Assembly (NCBI GenBank): GCA_963768855.1
Contig: CAVYJM010000006.1
Location: 128,001 to 192,000 of the forward strand
DNA length: 64,000 bases
Direction of reading: 5' to 3'
Source: an uncultured Thermoplasmata archaeon
Lineage (GTDB): Archaea; Thermoplasmatota; Thermoplasmata; RBG-16-68-12
Of the stretch, positions 47,839-56,364 are shown one piece after another. The position numbers and the translations under genes are program-made. The notes beneath the pieces are model-generated. The model ran no database searches and was not told where the DNA came from. It saw nothing but the letters and a program-made list of their open reading frames with translations. The first letter of the stretch is position 1. The number at the start of each line of letters is the position of its first letter.

Positions 47839-50249
47839 CCGGACGCGATTTCCGCCTCAACAGGCGGTGCTTCGGTCTTCTTCTTTCGGGCGGGGGCCCT
47901 CTTCCTAGCAGGCTTCTTCGGCGCGCCCCCCGCCGGTTTCGAGGCGGCCTTCTTCCGCTTTCCGTTCTTCGCGGGACACTCCATGTTCAGGCACAGGATC
48001 CACGGCGGGCGGCCGCGCATGATGACCTTGACGACGGGGTGGCCGCAGGCCTTGCACCGGTCTGGCGTCGGAAGGATGAGGCCGCGGGACGGAAGCGGAT
48101 ACGAGTTCTTGCAGTCCGGGTAGCTCGTGCAGCCGACGAACCGCTTGCCGTAGGAACCGTGCCGGATGGTCAGTTCACCGGTGCCGCACTTGTCGCACTT
48201 GCCGATGAAGTTCTTTTCCCGCACGGTCGGGCAGTCCGAGGCGACGCAGAGCAGCGTCTCCCGCCCGCGGTCCGTGAGCTTGATCATCGGCGAGCCGCAC
48301 TCGGGGCAGATCTGCGCAGCGCTCTCGAGGAGGCCCATCTGCGGGAGCGGGTGCGTGTTGCGGCACAGGGGGTAGCGGTCGCAGCCGAGGAATCGCGTGC
48401 CCCGCCGCGAGCGGATGACCACGAGGTTGCCCTCCTTGCAGACGTTGCACTTCCCGATGTAGTTCTGCTCGCGCAGGGCGGAGGCGATCTCCTGGCCGAT
48501 CGCCTCGCGGTTCTTCTCGAGGGTCTCGAGGATCTCCGTGAGCATCTCCTGGGAGTTCTGGACGACGACTCTGGGCTCGAGGACGCCGCGGGCGATGCTC
48601 TCCATCTCCGCCTCGAGGTGGGCCGTCATCTCTGGCTGGGTGATGCGCGCCGCATGGTCCTCAAGAGCCTGGATCACCGCGCGCCCGCCGATCGTCGGCT
48701 TGGGGTATTTGCCCTCGATGAACTTGCGGTCGTAGAGCTTTTTGATGATCTCGTGCCGCGTCGACTTCGTGCCGAGGCCGAGCCTCTCCATCTCCTGGAT
48801 CAGGCTGCCTTCCGAATATCGGGCGGGAGGCTTCGTGCGGTCCGCGTGGACGTCCACGGGTCCGACCCGATCGAGCTGCTCCTGGACCACGAGGGTGGGC
48901 AGGGATGCCTCGCGCACCTGCCAGTAGGGATAGTACTTGCGCCAGCCCAGGGACCGCATCACGTAGCCCTGGGCCTTGAACGCCTGCCCCGCGAGGTCGA
49001 TCCTCGCCTCCGACGCCAAGGCGACCGCGTTCGGCGCGACCGTCGCGAAGAAGCGGCGGACGACGAGCTCGTAGATCCGCCAGTGGTCGTCGCGCTTGAC
49101 CTTCTCCCGCGTGGCGCCCGCCACCGGGTAGATGGGCGGGTGGTCCGTGGCCTGCGTGCGTCCGCGGCTCGGGCGGATGTGCTCCTGAGCGGCGAGCTCG
49201 CGCGCCTCCGCGGCGAACGGCGACTCGGCGAGCTTCTCGAGGACGGAGCGCAGGTTGACCGTCGAGGGATAGACGGTGTTGTCCGTGCGGGGATAGGAGA
49301 TGTAGCCGCCCTGGTAGAGGTCCTCCGCGATCTTCATCGCCTGGGCGGCGCCGAAGCCGAGCCGGTTCGCCTCCGCCACGAACATCGTCGTGTTGAAGGG
49401 CGGCGGGGGATGCTCCTCGCGCTCGTTCTGGATGTACTCGAGGACGGTGCCCTTGGACGCGGTCTCGGCCTGCGCCTTGGCCGCCTCGGCCTCCTTATGC
49501 GCCCAGTACGGCCCATGCTCGTGGTCCGCCTCGAACTCGGCGGGCTTGCCCTCGACCGTCTTGGAGAACTTGGCGTGGAGCGTCCAGTAGTCCTCCGGGA
49601 CGAAGTCCTCGATCACCCGCTCGCGGTCCACGACGAGGGCGAGCGTCGGGCTCTGGACGCGGCCGACGGACAGGAAGTCCTTCCCGACCTGCTTCGAGGC
49701 GAGGGACAGGAACCGCGTGAGGACGGCGCCCCAGGCGAGGTCGAGAGACTGCCGAGACTCCGCGGCGGCCGCAAGAGGGAAGTCGACCTCGGCGAGCTCG
49801 TTGAACGCGCGCTCGATGTCCCACTTCGTGAGGGCGCTGAACCGTGCGCGCTTGACGGCGACCTTCGGATTCGCGGAGCGGATGATCTCGAGGGCCTCGA
49901 CCCCGATCAGTTCGCCTTCTCGGTCGAAGTCCGTCGCGATGATGACCTCGTCCGCCTGGGATCCGAGGGTCTTGAGTGCCGCGGCGATCTTCCCCGCGGT
50001 CACGACCTTCTCCTGGTCGGCCCAGATCAGTTCCTTGAGGTCCGTCCGCTGCCAGTCGTTGAGGGCCGCGGGATAGTCCAGGTTGATGATGTGTCCGCGG
50101 AGGCCGACGACCTGGTACCGGTCGTCCCCCTTGGGCCACTCGAAGACCGTGGCGCCGTCCACGTAGGCGCGTTTTGCCTTCCCGTCGCTGAGGATGGTGG
50201 CGATGCGCACCGCTGCGTTGAACTTCTCCGTCACGATGAGTTGCCGCAC
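47835..50249 (-). CDS. topA: DNA topoisomerase IA with C-terminal Zn ribbons
   Basis: TOPRIM ATDFDREGE, SVGRVQSPTL, GYISYPRTD (catalytic Tyr), GLGTKSTR, Cys-rich repeats. Confidence 0.96.
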   Translation of the reverse strand: MRQLIVTEKFNAAVRIATILSDGKAKRAYVDGATVFEWPKGDDRYQVVGLRGHIINLDYPAALNDWQRTDLKELIWADQEKVVTAGKIAAALKTLGSQADEVIIATDFDREGELIGVEALEIIRSANPKVAVKRARFSALTKWDIERAFNELAEVDFPLAAAAESRQSLDLAWGAVLTRFLSLASKQVGKDFLSVGRVQSPTLALVVDRERVIEDFVPEDYWTLHAKFSKTVEGKPAEFEADHEHGPYWAHKEAEAAKAQAETASKGTVLEYIQNEREEHPPPPFNTTMFVAEANRLGFGAAQAMKIAEDLYQGGYISYPRTDNTVYPSTVNLRSVLEKLAESPFAAEARELAAQEHIRPSRGRTQATDHPPIYPVAGATREKVKRDDHWRIYELVVRRFFATVAPNAVALASEARIDLAGQAFKAQGYVMRSLGWRKYYPYWQVREASLPTLVVQEQLDRVGPVDVHADRTKPPARYSEGSLIQEMERLGLGTKSTRHEIIKKLYDRKFIEGKYPKPTIGGRAVIQALEDHAARITQPEMTAHLEAEMESIARGVLEPRVVVQNSQEMLTEILETLEKNREAIGQEIASALREQNYIGKCNVCKEGNLVVIRSRRGTRFLGCDRYPLCRNTHPLPQMGLLESAAQICPECGSPMIKLTDRGRETLLCVASDCPTVREKNFIGKCDKCGTGELTIRHGSYGKRFVGCTSYPDCKNSYPLPSRGLILPTPDRCKACGHPVVKVIMRGRPPWILCLNMECPAKNGKRKKAASKPAGGAPKKPARKRAPARKKKTEAPPVEAEIASG

Positions 50250-50366
50250 GACTCTCGTCGCACGCGGGGGGACTTATTTAACGATTTGGGGGTGAGTCGC
50301 GGACCTCGCTGCTCTCCATGTGCGGAAGCGTTTCTCCACGCGCGCACGCGCGTTTTTGCCGCGCGC

Positions 50367-51731
50367 TCACGAGGCCTTGGTCGTGAGCAGGAACGCGTCC
50401 ATCGCAAGGGCCGCGCGCTTGCCCGCCGCCATCGCGTGCACGACGCTCGCGCCGCCGCCCGCGTAGACGCCGGGGCGCTTCGTCGCGCCCGTCTCGGGAT
50501 CGGCTTGGAGGGTGCCGTCCTTCGCGAGCTTGACCTCCAGGTCCTTCGGCAGGATCTCGAGGTCCGCCTCTTGGCTCACGGCCAGGATCGCGGCATCGCA
50601 CTTCACGGTGATCGGCGGCGTGTTCGTCGGCACGGGCCGGCGTCGTCCGCTTTCGTCGGGCGGTCCGAGCTCCATCTGCTGGAGTTCGATCCCTTCGAGA
50701 CGCTTCGTGCCGAGGAAGCGCTTCGGCGCGACGAGGAACTGGAACTTCACGCCCTCGTCCATGGCCTCCTTGACCTCCTGGTCGTCCGCGGGCATCTCCT
50801 CGCGGCTCCGGCGGTACAGGATCGTGACCTCCTCCGCGCCATGGCGGAAGGCGGAGCGCGCGGAGTCCATCGCGACGTCGCCGCCCCCGATGACGACGAC
50901 CTTGGGCCGGATCGACTTGCGCTCGCCGCGCTTGGATTCCTTGAGGTACTTCAGCGCGGAGTACACGCCGTCGAGGTCCTCGCCGGGGATGCCCAGGCCG
51001 CGGGACTTGTGCGTCCCGATGCTCACGAAGACGGCATCGAACTCGAGGAGCAGGTCGTCCAGGTTGAGCTCACTCGGGAACTCGGCGTGGAAGACGAAGT
51101 GAACGGGGAGGTTCGCGAACCGCGCCATGTCCTCCTGGAACGTCTCGTCCGTGAGGCGATAGGCGGGGATCGTCCCGGACATCAGGCCGCCGAGGCGGTC
51201 CGAGGACTCGAAGACGGTCACGTCGTAACCGCGCTGGCCGAGGACCCATGCGTTCATCAGGCCCGCGGGGCCGCCCCCAATCACCCCGATCTTCATCCCG
51301 TTCGTCGGGACGACGGGCGCGTACGGTTTCGCGGGGTCTGCGTACATCATCGCGGCCTGCTTGAGATGGCGGACCGCGATCGCCTCGCCGCGCTTCACGA
51401 TGGGGCAGACGCGCTCGCAGTAGTGGTAGCAGACGTCGCCGAGGCACGAGGCCAGGGGGTTGTCTCGCAGGATCAGGTCGCGGGCGCCGTTGAAGTCCTC
51501 GGCGGCCATGAGCTTGATGTAGCCGCGCGCGTCCTGGTGGATCGGGCACTCCTCCATGCACCACGGCTTGCCGCACTGGATGCATCGCTGGGCCTCGATG
51601 AGGGCCTCCTCGCGGGTGTAGGGGATGAGGGCCTCGATGAACGCGCCGCGCCGCTCCATCGGATCGTTCTCGTGGATGGGCGTGCGCTTCGGGTTCAGTG
51701 GCTTCTTCTTGGGGGGCGCCTGCTCGGGCAT
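50367..51731 (-). CDS. GltD/SudA-like Fe-S flavoprotein (NADPH oxidoreductase)
   Basis: CIQCGKPWCMEECP, GGGPAG, GIP.YRL, VIGGGDVAMD. Confidence 0.9.
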   Translation of the reverse strand: MPEQAPPKKKPLNPKRTPIHENDPMERRGAFIEALIPYTREEALIEAQRCIQCGKPWCMEECPIHQDARGYIKLMAAEDFNGARDLILRDNPLASCLGDVCYHYCERVCPIVKRGEAIAVRHLKQAAMMYADPAKPYAPVVPTNGMKIGVIGGGPAGLMNAWVLGQRGYDVTVFESSDRLGGLMSGTIPAYRLTDETFQEDMARFANLPVHFVFHAEFPSELNLDDLLLEFDAVFVSIGTHKSRGLGIPGEDLDGVYSALKYLKESKRGERKSIRPKVVVIGGGDVAMDSARSAFRHGAEEVTILYRRSREEMPADDQEVKEAMDEGVKFQFLVAPKRFLGTKRLEGIELQQMELGPPDESGRRRPVPTNTPPITVKCDAAILAVSQEADLEILPKDLEVKLAKDGTLQADPETGATKRPGVYAGGGASVVHAMAAGKRAALAMDAFLLTTKAS

Positions 51732-51846
51732 GGAAATCGTCTCCCTGTCGGCCCGAGGGACCCATGAACACTCCGAAAGGAGAGTAATAACAATGCGGAC
51801 TCGTGCAGGCCGACCCCACCGTTACCGTTCCGCGCTTCCCGAGCCG

Positions 51847-52509
51847 CTACGCGGACCGTCCCTTCTCGAACGCGTCGCGGAGTTCCTCCGCGGCGTGTCG
51901 CGGGTCCGGTGCGTCCATGATCGCCGAGACCACTGCGACGCCGGCGATGCCGTGCCGCGCGAGCTGCCGCGCTCGCTCCTCGGTGATGCCGCCGATCGCG
52001 AATACGGGCAGGCGGGTGCGACGCACCACCAGGTCGAGGAGATGCAGGGGGAACTCGGGCTCCTCGGGCTTCGTCGGGCTCGGGAAGAATGGTCCGATTC
52101 CGAGGTAGTCCGCGCCGGCGGCCTCCGCGCTCTGCTCCTCCCCGGGCTTTCCGTAGACCGTGACCCCCACCAATGCCGCAGGTCCCAGGAGCGCGCGCGC
52201 GATTCGCGGCGAGGGGTCGTCCCGGCCCACATGCACGCCGTCCGCCGCTAGGCGCTTCGCGAGCTGCGGGTCATCGTTCACGAGGAGAGGCACATTGCGC
52301 TGGTGGCAGAGATCCTTCAGCGCGTTGCACACGTCCTGCCGTTCCGCGTCGGAGTACTGGCCCTTGTCGCGGAACTGGACGAGGGAGACCCCGCCTTCGA
52401 GCGCGGCCTCCACCGTGGACACGAGGGCGGACACGGGCCGTTTCGGCGACGTCACGAGGTAGACGCCGCTCAGCTTCCACTTCTCGCGTCGACCCGGCTC
52501 CGCGCTCAG
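51847..52509 (-). CDS. thiE: Thiamine-phosphate synthase (start uncertain)
   Basis: VQFRDK, VNDD, ADGVHVG.DD, SPTK, FAIGGI. Confidence 0.92.
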   Translation of the reverse strand: MSAEPGRREKWKLSGVYLVTSPKRPVSALVSTVEAALEGGVSLVQFRDKGQYSDAERQDVCNALKDLCHQRNVPLLVNDDPQLAKRLAADGVHVGRDDPSPRIARALLGPAALVGVTVYGKPGEEQSAEAAGADYLGIGPFFPSPTKPEEPEFPLHLLDLVVRRTRLPVFAIGGITEERARQLARHGIAGVAVVSAIMDAPDPRHAAEELRDAFEKGRSA

Positions 52510-53570
52510 ACGATCTCCCCAGACAGGGCCCGGCTGAAGGCGACCCAGAAGGGATCTCGCTCCGCCGGCCCGAAGGCCGCGCCCCGGTCCCTGCACGGGC
52601 CGCCCCGCTTCGTGAAGGCCCCGACGTCCACGGCAAGGATTCCCTTGCGCTTCAACCTCGCGATGACCCGCTCGCTCGAGTCCGGATGGACCGCCAGGAG
52701 GAGCGTGCCCTCGCTGATCGCGTCGAGCGGCTCCATGCCGAAGACCCGGCAGACCTCGACCACGGCTGGGTCGATGGGCACCTTGGTCAGGTCCACGTCG
52801 ACCCCCAAGCGCGACGCCTGGGACATCTCCCAGACCGCGTTCCGCACGCCGCCTTCCGTGGCGTCGTGCATCGCCCAGACGCCGTCGTTGCGGAGGCCTG
52901 CGGCGGCGACGGCGGTGAGCGCGTCGTCGACGGTGCTCATCGAGTCGAAGAGGGCCTTCGCCTGCGCGGTCCTCTCCGGGGAGAGGTGCCGCGAGGTAAT
53001 CTCACCGAACGTGTTCGCGAGGATGGCGGTGGCCTCGAGAGCCGCGGTCTTCGTGACGAGGAGGCGGTTTCCCGGCCGTGCCATGTCCGAGGTCACCCAG
53101 CCGTCCTTCGCGGCGATCGCGAGGAACGTGGCCCCGCCGACCATGGGGTAGTTGCAGCCTTCATACCGCCCCGTGTGCCCCGTCACGATTGCGGTGCCAT
53201 ACTTCCTTGCCTCGCGGTCCATGACCTTCAGCATCGCCTCGATCTGGTCGTCCTCGATGTCCATCGGGAGGTTCCAGTCCATCGTCGCGTACTGTGGCGC
53301 CACGCCCGAGGTCGCGAGGTCGGATGCCAGGATGTGGAAGGCGAACCAGGCGGCCCGCTCCCAGCCGTACGGCGGGACGATGTAGATCGGGTCCGTCGTC
53401 GAGATGAGCGCCCGGCCGTCCGGGAGACGCACAACCCCCACGTCGACGCCGTTCGCGGGCCCCTTCGCGATGTCCTTGCGCCTCGCCCCGAGCCGATGGG
53501 AGATCACGTTCTCGAAGAAGGCGCGGCTGATCTTGCCCATGGGATACTTGGGCTTCGGCACGTCCGTCAT
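52506..53570 (-). CDS. AIR-synthase-family (PurM/HypE/ThiL-like) protein
   Basis: MGKI, GVDVG, TTDP, SDLATSG, GHT, HDATEGG. Confidence 0.88.
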   Translation of the reverse strand: MTDVPKPKYPMGKISRAFFENVISHRLGARRKDIAKGPANGVDVGVVRLPDGRALISTTDPIYIVPPYGWERAAWFAFHILASDLATSGVAPQYATMDWNLPMDIEDDQIEAMLKVMDREARKYGTAIVTGHTGRYEGCNYPMVGGATFLAIAAKDGWVTSDMARPGNRLLVTKTAALEATAILANTFGEITSRHLSPERTAQAKALFDSMSTVDDALTAVAAAGLRNDGVWAMHDATEGGVRNAVWEMSQASRLGVDVDLTKVPIDPAVVEVCRVFGMEPLDAISEGTLLLAVHPDSSERVIARLKRKGILAVDVGAFTKRGGPCRDRGAAFGPAERDPFWVAFSRALSGEIV

Positions 53571-53614
53571 GGTCCGGGAGACTCCTCAGGGTCCCCGGGC
53601 TGAAAAGCTCCTGG

Positions 53615-53706
53615 TGTTCCCTACGCCCGCATGACCGGGATCAGGTTCCAAGGGTCTATCCCTCACTCGGGATACTCTCAGCCCTTCTGGGCTCCCCGAG
53701 AGAAGC
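53615..53706 (-). ncRNA. TPP (thiamine pyrophosphate) riboswitch
   Basis: CTCGGGGAGCCCAGAAGGGCTGAGA...GACCCTTGGAACCTGATCCCGGTCATGCGGGCGTAGGGAA: J3/2 UGAGA, CCUGAU, P5 CCCG/CGGG and P1 TTCTC/GGGAA; directly upstream of a thiE operon. Confidence 0.93.
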
Positions 53707-53827
53707 ATGCCGGAGGGCTACTTGAACGTTCCCCGCATCGGAGCCTAGGCATGCGGGCGGTTCACGTCCGTCATACAGACCTTACGGAAAGTACCTAAGT
53801 CGCCAGCTAGATTTCGGTGGCCGAGGG

Positions 53828-54265
53828 ATGTCTGTGGAGGATGTCACCGCCTATCGGATGAGGCATCGGCTTCGGGCTTGGACGCGGCAGCGCCGGAGGT
53901 GGCTGGCCGTGGCGGTCGTGATGGTGGCCGTCGTCCTCGCTGGAGCATTTGTTTTCGAGGTGACGCAGCAACCACAAGTGGCGATCGATTCCTCTGCGAG
54001 CCAAGCGAACGCCAACATCTATGGCGTGGCCTACATTACGGTGTGGTTCACCCTCACAAACTCGGGGCAGGTGGACGGGATTGCGACCGTCAACTTGGTT
54101 GTGGTGAAGGACACACTGCACTCAGTGGTCGCTCAAGAGCGCTATCTCGTGCCTGCTCACGCGAGCATGGACTTCCAGCTTTCAGTACCCTGGCCTTTCT
54201 ATCTCGGCTCGACCTCCGACCTTGGGTCCCCCTACGCCGATCTGGTATCCGTGGTCAAGGCCTGA
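53828..54265 (+). CDS. Hypothetical membrane-anchored beta-rich protein
   Basis: Basic N-terminus, one TM helix, VWFTLTNSG..G...V beta-sandwich-like pattern; lower GC3 than neighbours. Confidence 0.65.
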   Translation: MSVEDVTAYRMRHRLRAWTRQRRRWLAVAVVMVAVVLAGAFVFEVTQQPQVAIDSSASQANANIYGVAYITVWFTLTNSGQVDGIATVNLVVVKDTLHSVVAQERYLVPAHASMDFQLSVPWPFYLGSTSDLGSPYADLVSVVKA

Positions 54266-54278
54266 GCAGGGTCGGACC

Positions 54279-55142
54279 TCAAGTCGTGGCCAGTAACTTC
54301 GCGATGTTCACCGGATAGTCCGCCACGGGCACGCCCGCGTCGTTGAAGGCCTTCACCTTGGACTCCGCGGTGCCCATATTGCCCTGGATGATCGCGCCCG
54401 CATGCCCCATCCGCTTCCCCGGCGGCGCGGTGCGACCGGCCACGTAGGCCACCACGGGCTTCGTGACGTTCCGTTGGATGTACGCGGCCGCCTCCTCCTC
54501 GGCGGTGCCGCCAATCTCGCCCACGACGACGATGCGCTTCGTCTTCCGGTCTCCCTGGAACAGCTCGAGGGCCTCGTGGGTGTTCGTCCCGATGATCGGA
54601 TCCCCGCCGATCCCGACGCAGGTGGACTGCCCGAACCCCGCCTGGGTCATCGCATTGACGATTTCATAGGTCAGGGTGCCGCTGCGGCTGATCACGCCGC
54701 AGTCGCCGGGCTTGAAGATGTGGCTGGGCATGATTCCCAGCTTCGACTCCGCGGGCGTGATGATCCCGGGGCAGTTCGGCCCGATCACGACGGCGCCCTT
54801 CGTCCGCGCGTAGGGGATGAACTCGAGGGTGTCGTGGAACGGGATGCGCTCCGTGATGATCACGACGAGCTTGAGGCCCGCCTCCATCGCCTCGATCGCC
54901 GCGTCCTTCGTGAACGGTGCGGGGACGAAGATGATCGACGCGTTCGCTCGCTTCTTGTCCACGGCCTGCTGCACGCTGTCGAAGACCGGGACGCCCTCGA
55001 CCTTCGTCCCGCCCTTTCCCGGAGAGCATCCGGCCACGACCTTCGTGCCGAAGTCGAGCATCGCGCGGGTGTGGAACTGGCCCTGGTGGCCCGTGATGCC
55101 CTGTACGACGACGCGCGAGCGCTTCGTGAGGAGGACGGCCAT
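54279..55142 (-). CDS. sucD: Succinyl-CoA synthetase alpha subunit
   Basis: [33 protein letters not shown]. Confidence 0.97.
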   Translation of the reverse strand: MAVLLTKRSRVVVQGITGHQGQFHTRAMLDFGTKVVAGCSPGKGGTKVEGVPVFDSVQQAVDKKRANASIIFVPAPFTKDAAIEAMEAGLKLVVIITERIPFHDTLEFIPYARTKGAVVIGPNCPGIITPAESKLGIMPSHIFKPGDCGVISRSGTLTYEIVNAMTQAGFGQSTCVGIGGDPIIGTNTHEALELFQGDRKTKRIVVVGEIGGTAEEEAAAYIQRNVTKPVVAYVAGRTAPPGKRMGHAGAIIQGNMGTAESKVKAFNDAGVPVADYPVNIAKLLATT

Positions 55143-55143
55143 C

Positions 55144-56253
55144 TCAGCTCCCCCCTTTCTTGACTTTGACGGCGAGCTCCGCGGCCTCCTCCATCGTCTC
55201 CGCGGGATACATCCCGACGCCCCGCAGGATCTCCTTGGCCTGGTCCTCGTTCACGCCCTTGATCCGCGCGACGACGGGCACGTCCGCGTGCATGACCTCC
55301 AACGCCTTCTTCACGCCGAGGGCGACCGTGTCCGCCTTCGTGATGCCGCCGAAGATGTTCAGCAGGATGACGGAGGGGTGGGCCTTGAGCAGGATCTCGA
55401 ACGCCTGCGCGACCTTCTCCGGGTCGTCCGTGCCGCCGAGGTCCAGGAACGTGCCGCCCTTCCCGCCCTTCAGGTTCAGGACGTCCAGCGTCGCCATCGT
55501 CAGCCCGGCGCCGTTCGCGATCACGCCGATGTCCCCGTCGAGCTGGATGAACGTGATCCCCTTCTCGTGCGCCTCCTCTTCGAGGGGGGTCCGGTCCTGG
55601 TCCAGCTTCGCGTACTCCAGGTGACGGAACTCCGCGTTGTCGTCGACGACGAGCTTCGCGTCCCCGGCCACGACCTTCCCGCCCTTCGTGACGACGAGCG
55701 GGTTGATCTCGACGAGCTCCGCGTCCTCCTTGCGGAAGAGCTCGTACGCCTTGCGCGCGATGTCCTCGACCTGGTCCCCGACGTGGTCCGCGAGGCCGAG
55801 CTTCGTCACGAGCGTCCGCAGGACGTACGGCTGGAGGCCGATCAGGGTGGGGATGTGCTGCATGAAGAGCTGGTCGTGCGGGACGCTCTCGATCTCCACC
55901 CCGCCCATCGCGCTGGCGATCATGAGCGGCTCTCGCGCGGAGCGGTCGATCGTGAAGCTGAGGTAGAGTTCCTTGTCGATGTCGAGGCGCTCCTCGAGGT
56001 AGACCATCTTCACCTTGTAGCCCTTGATGTCCATGCCGAGGATCTGCGAGGCGACGGAATGGGCTTCCTCGATCGTCTCCGCGGGTTTGATGCCGCCCGC
56101 CTTGCCCCGTCCGCCGATGAGGACCTGGGCCTTGACCATGCACGGGAGGGACGGGTGGTGAATCTCCTCGGGCCGCCCCGCGACGACGCCCCGCGGGATC
56201 GGGATGCCGTACTTCGCGTAGATGGCCTTCGCCTTGTACTCGAGGAACTTCAT
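55144..56253 (-). CDS. sucC: Succinyl-CoA synthetase beta subunit
   Basis: KAQVLIGGRGKAGG, EINPL, NGAGLTMAT, NIFGGI. Confidence 0.97.
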   Translation of the reverse strand: MKFLEYKAKAIYAKYGIPIPRGVVAGRPEEIHHPSLPCMVKAQVLIGGRGKAGGIKPAETIEEAHSVASQILGMDIKGYKVKMVYLEERLDIDKELYLSFTIDRSAREPLMIASAMGGVEIESVPHDQLFMQHIPTLIGLQPYVLRTLVTKLGLADHVGDQVEDIARKAYELFRKEDAELVEINPLVVTKGGKVVAGDAKLVVDDNAEFRHLEYAKLDQDRTPLEEEAHEKGITFIQLDGDIGVIANGAGLTMATLDVLNLKGGKGGTFLDLGGTDDPEKVAQAFEILLKAHPSVILLNIFGGITKADTVALGVKKALEVMHADVPVVARIKGVNEDQAKEILRGVGMYPAETMEEAAELAVKVKKGGS

Positions 56254-56364
56254 GGGAGACCGGCCGGCCCATGGCTCCGGCGTGATTAAGCTTTGGCGTG
56301 GGCCGCGCAGGGGGGCTCCGGACAGGTAGGATTTTGACCCTCTCGGTCCTCCCGCCGCACGACC

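Noticed and set aside
47202-51767. 1521-aa ORF and other very long ORFs (38840-41356, 18299-19957, upstream extension of 55144-57963)
   Set aside because: Shadow frames of real genes in GC-rich DNA; Arg/Gly/Pro-rich, no motifs, and overlapping topA, the GltD-like gene, STAND-2 or the MFS gene
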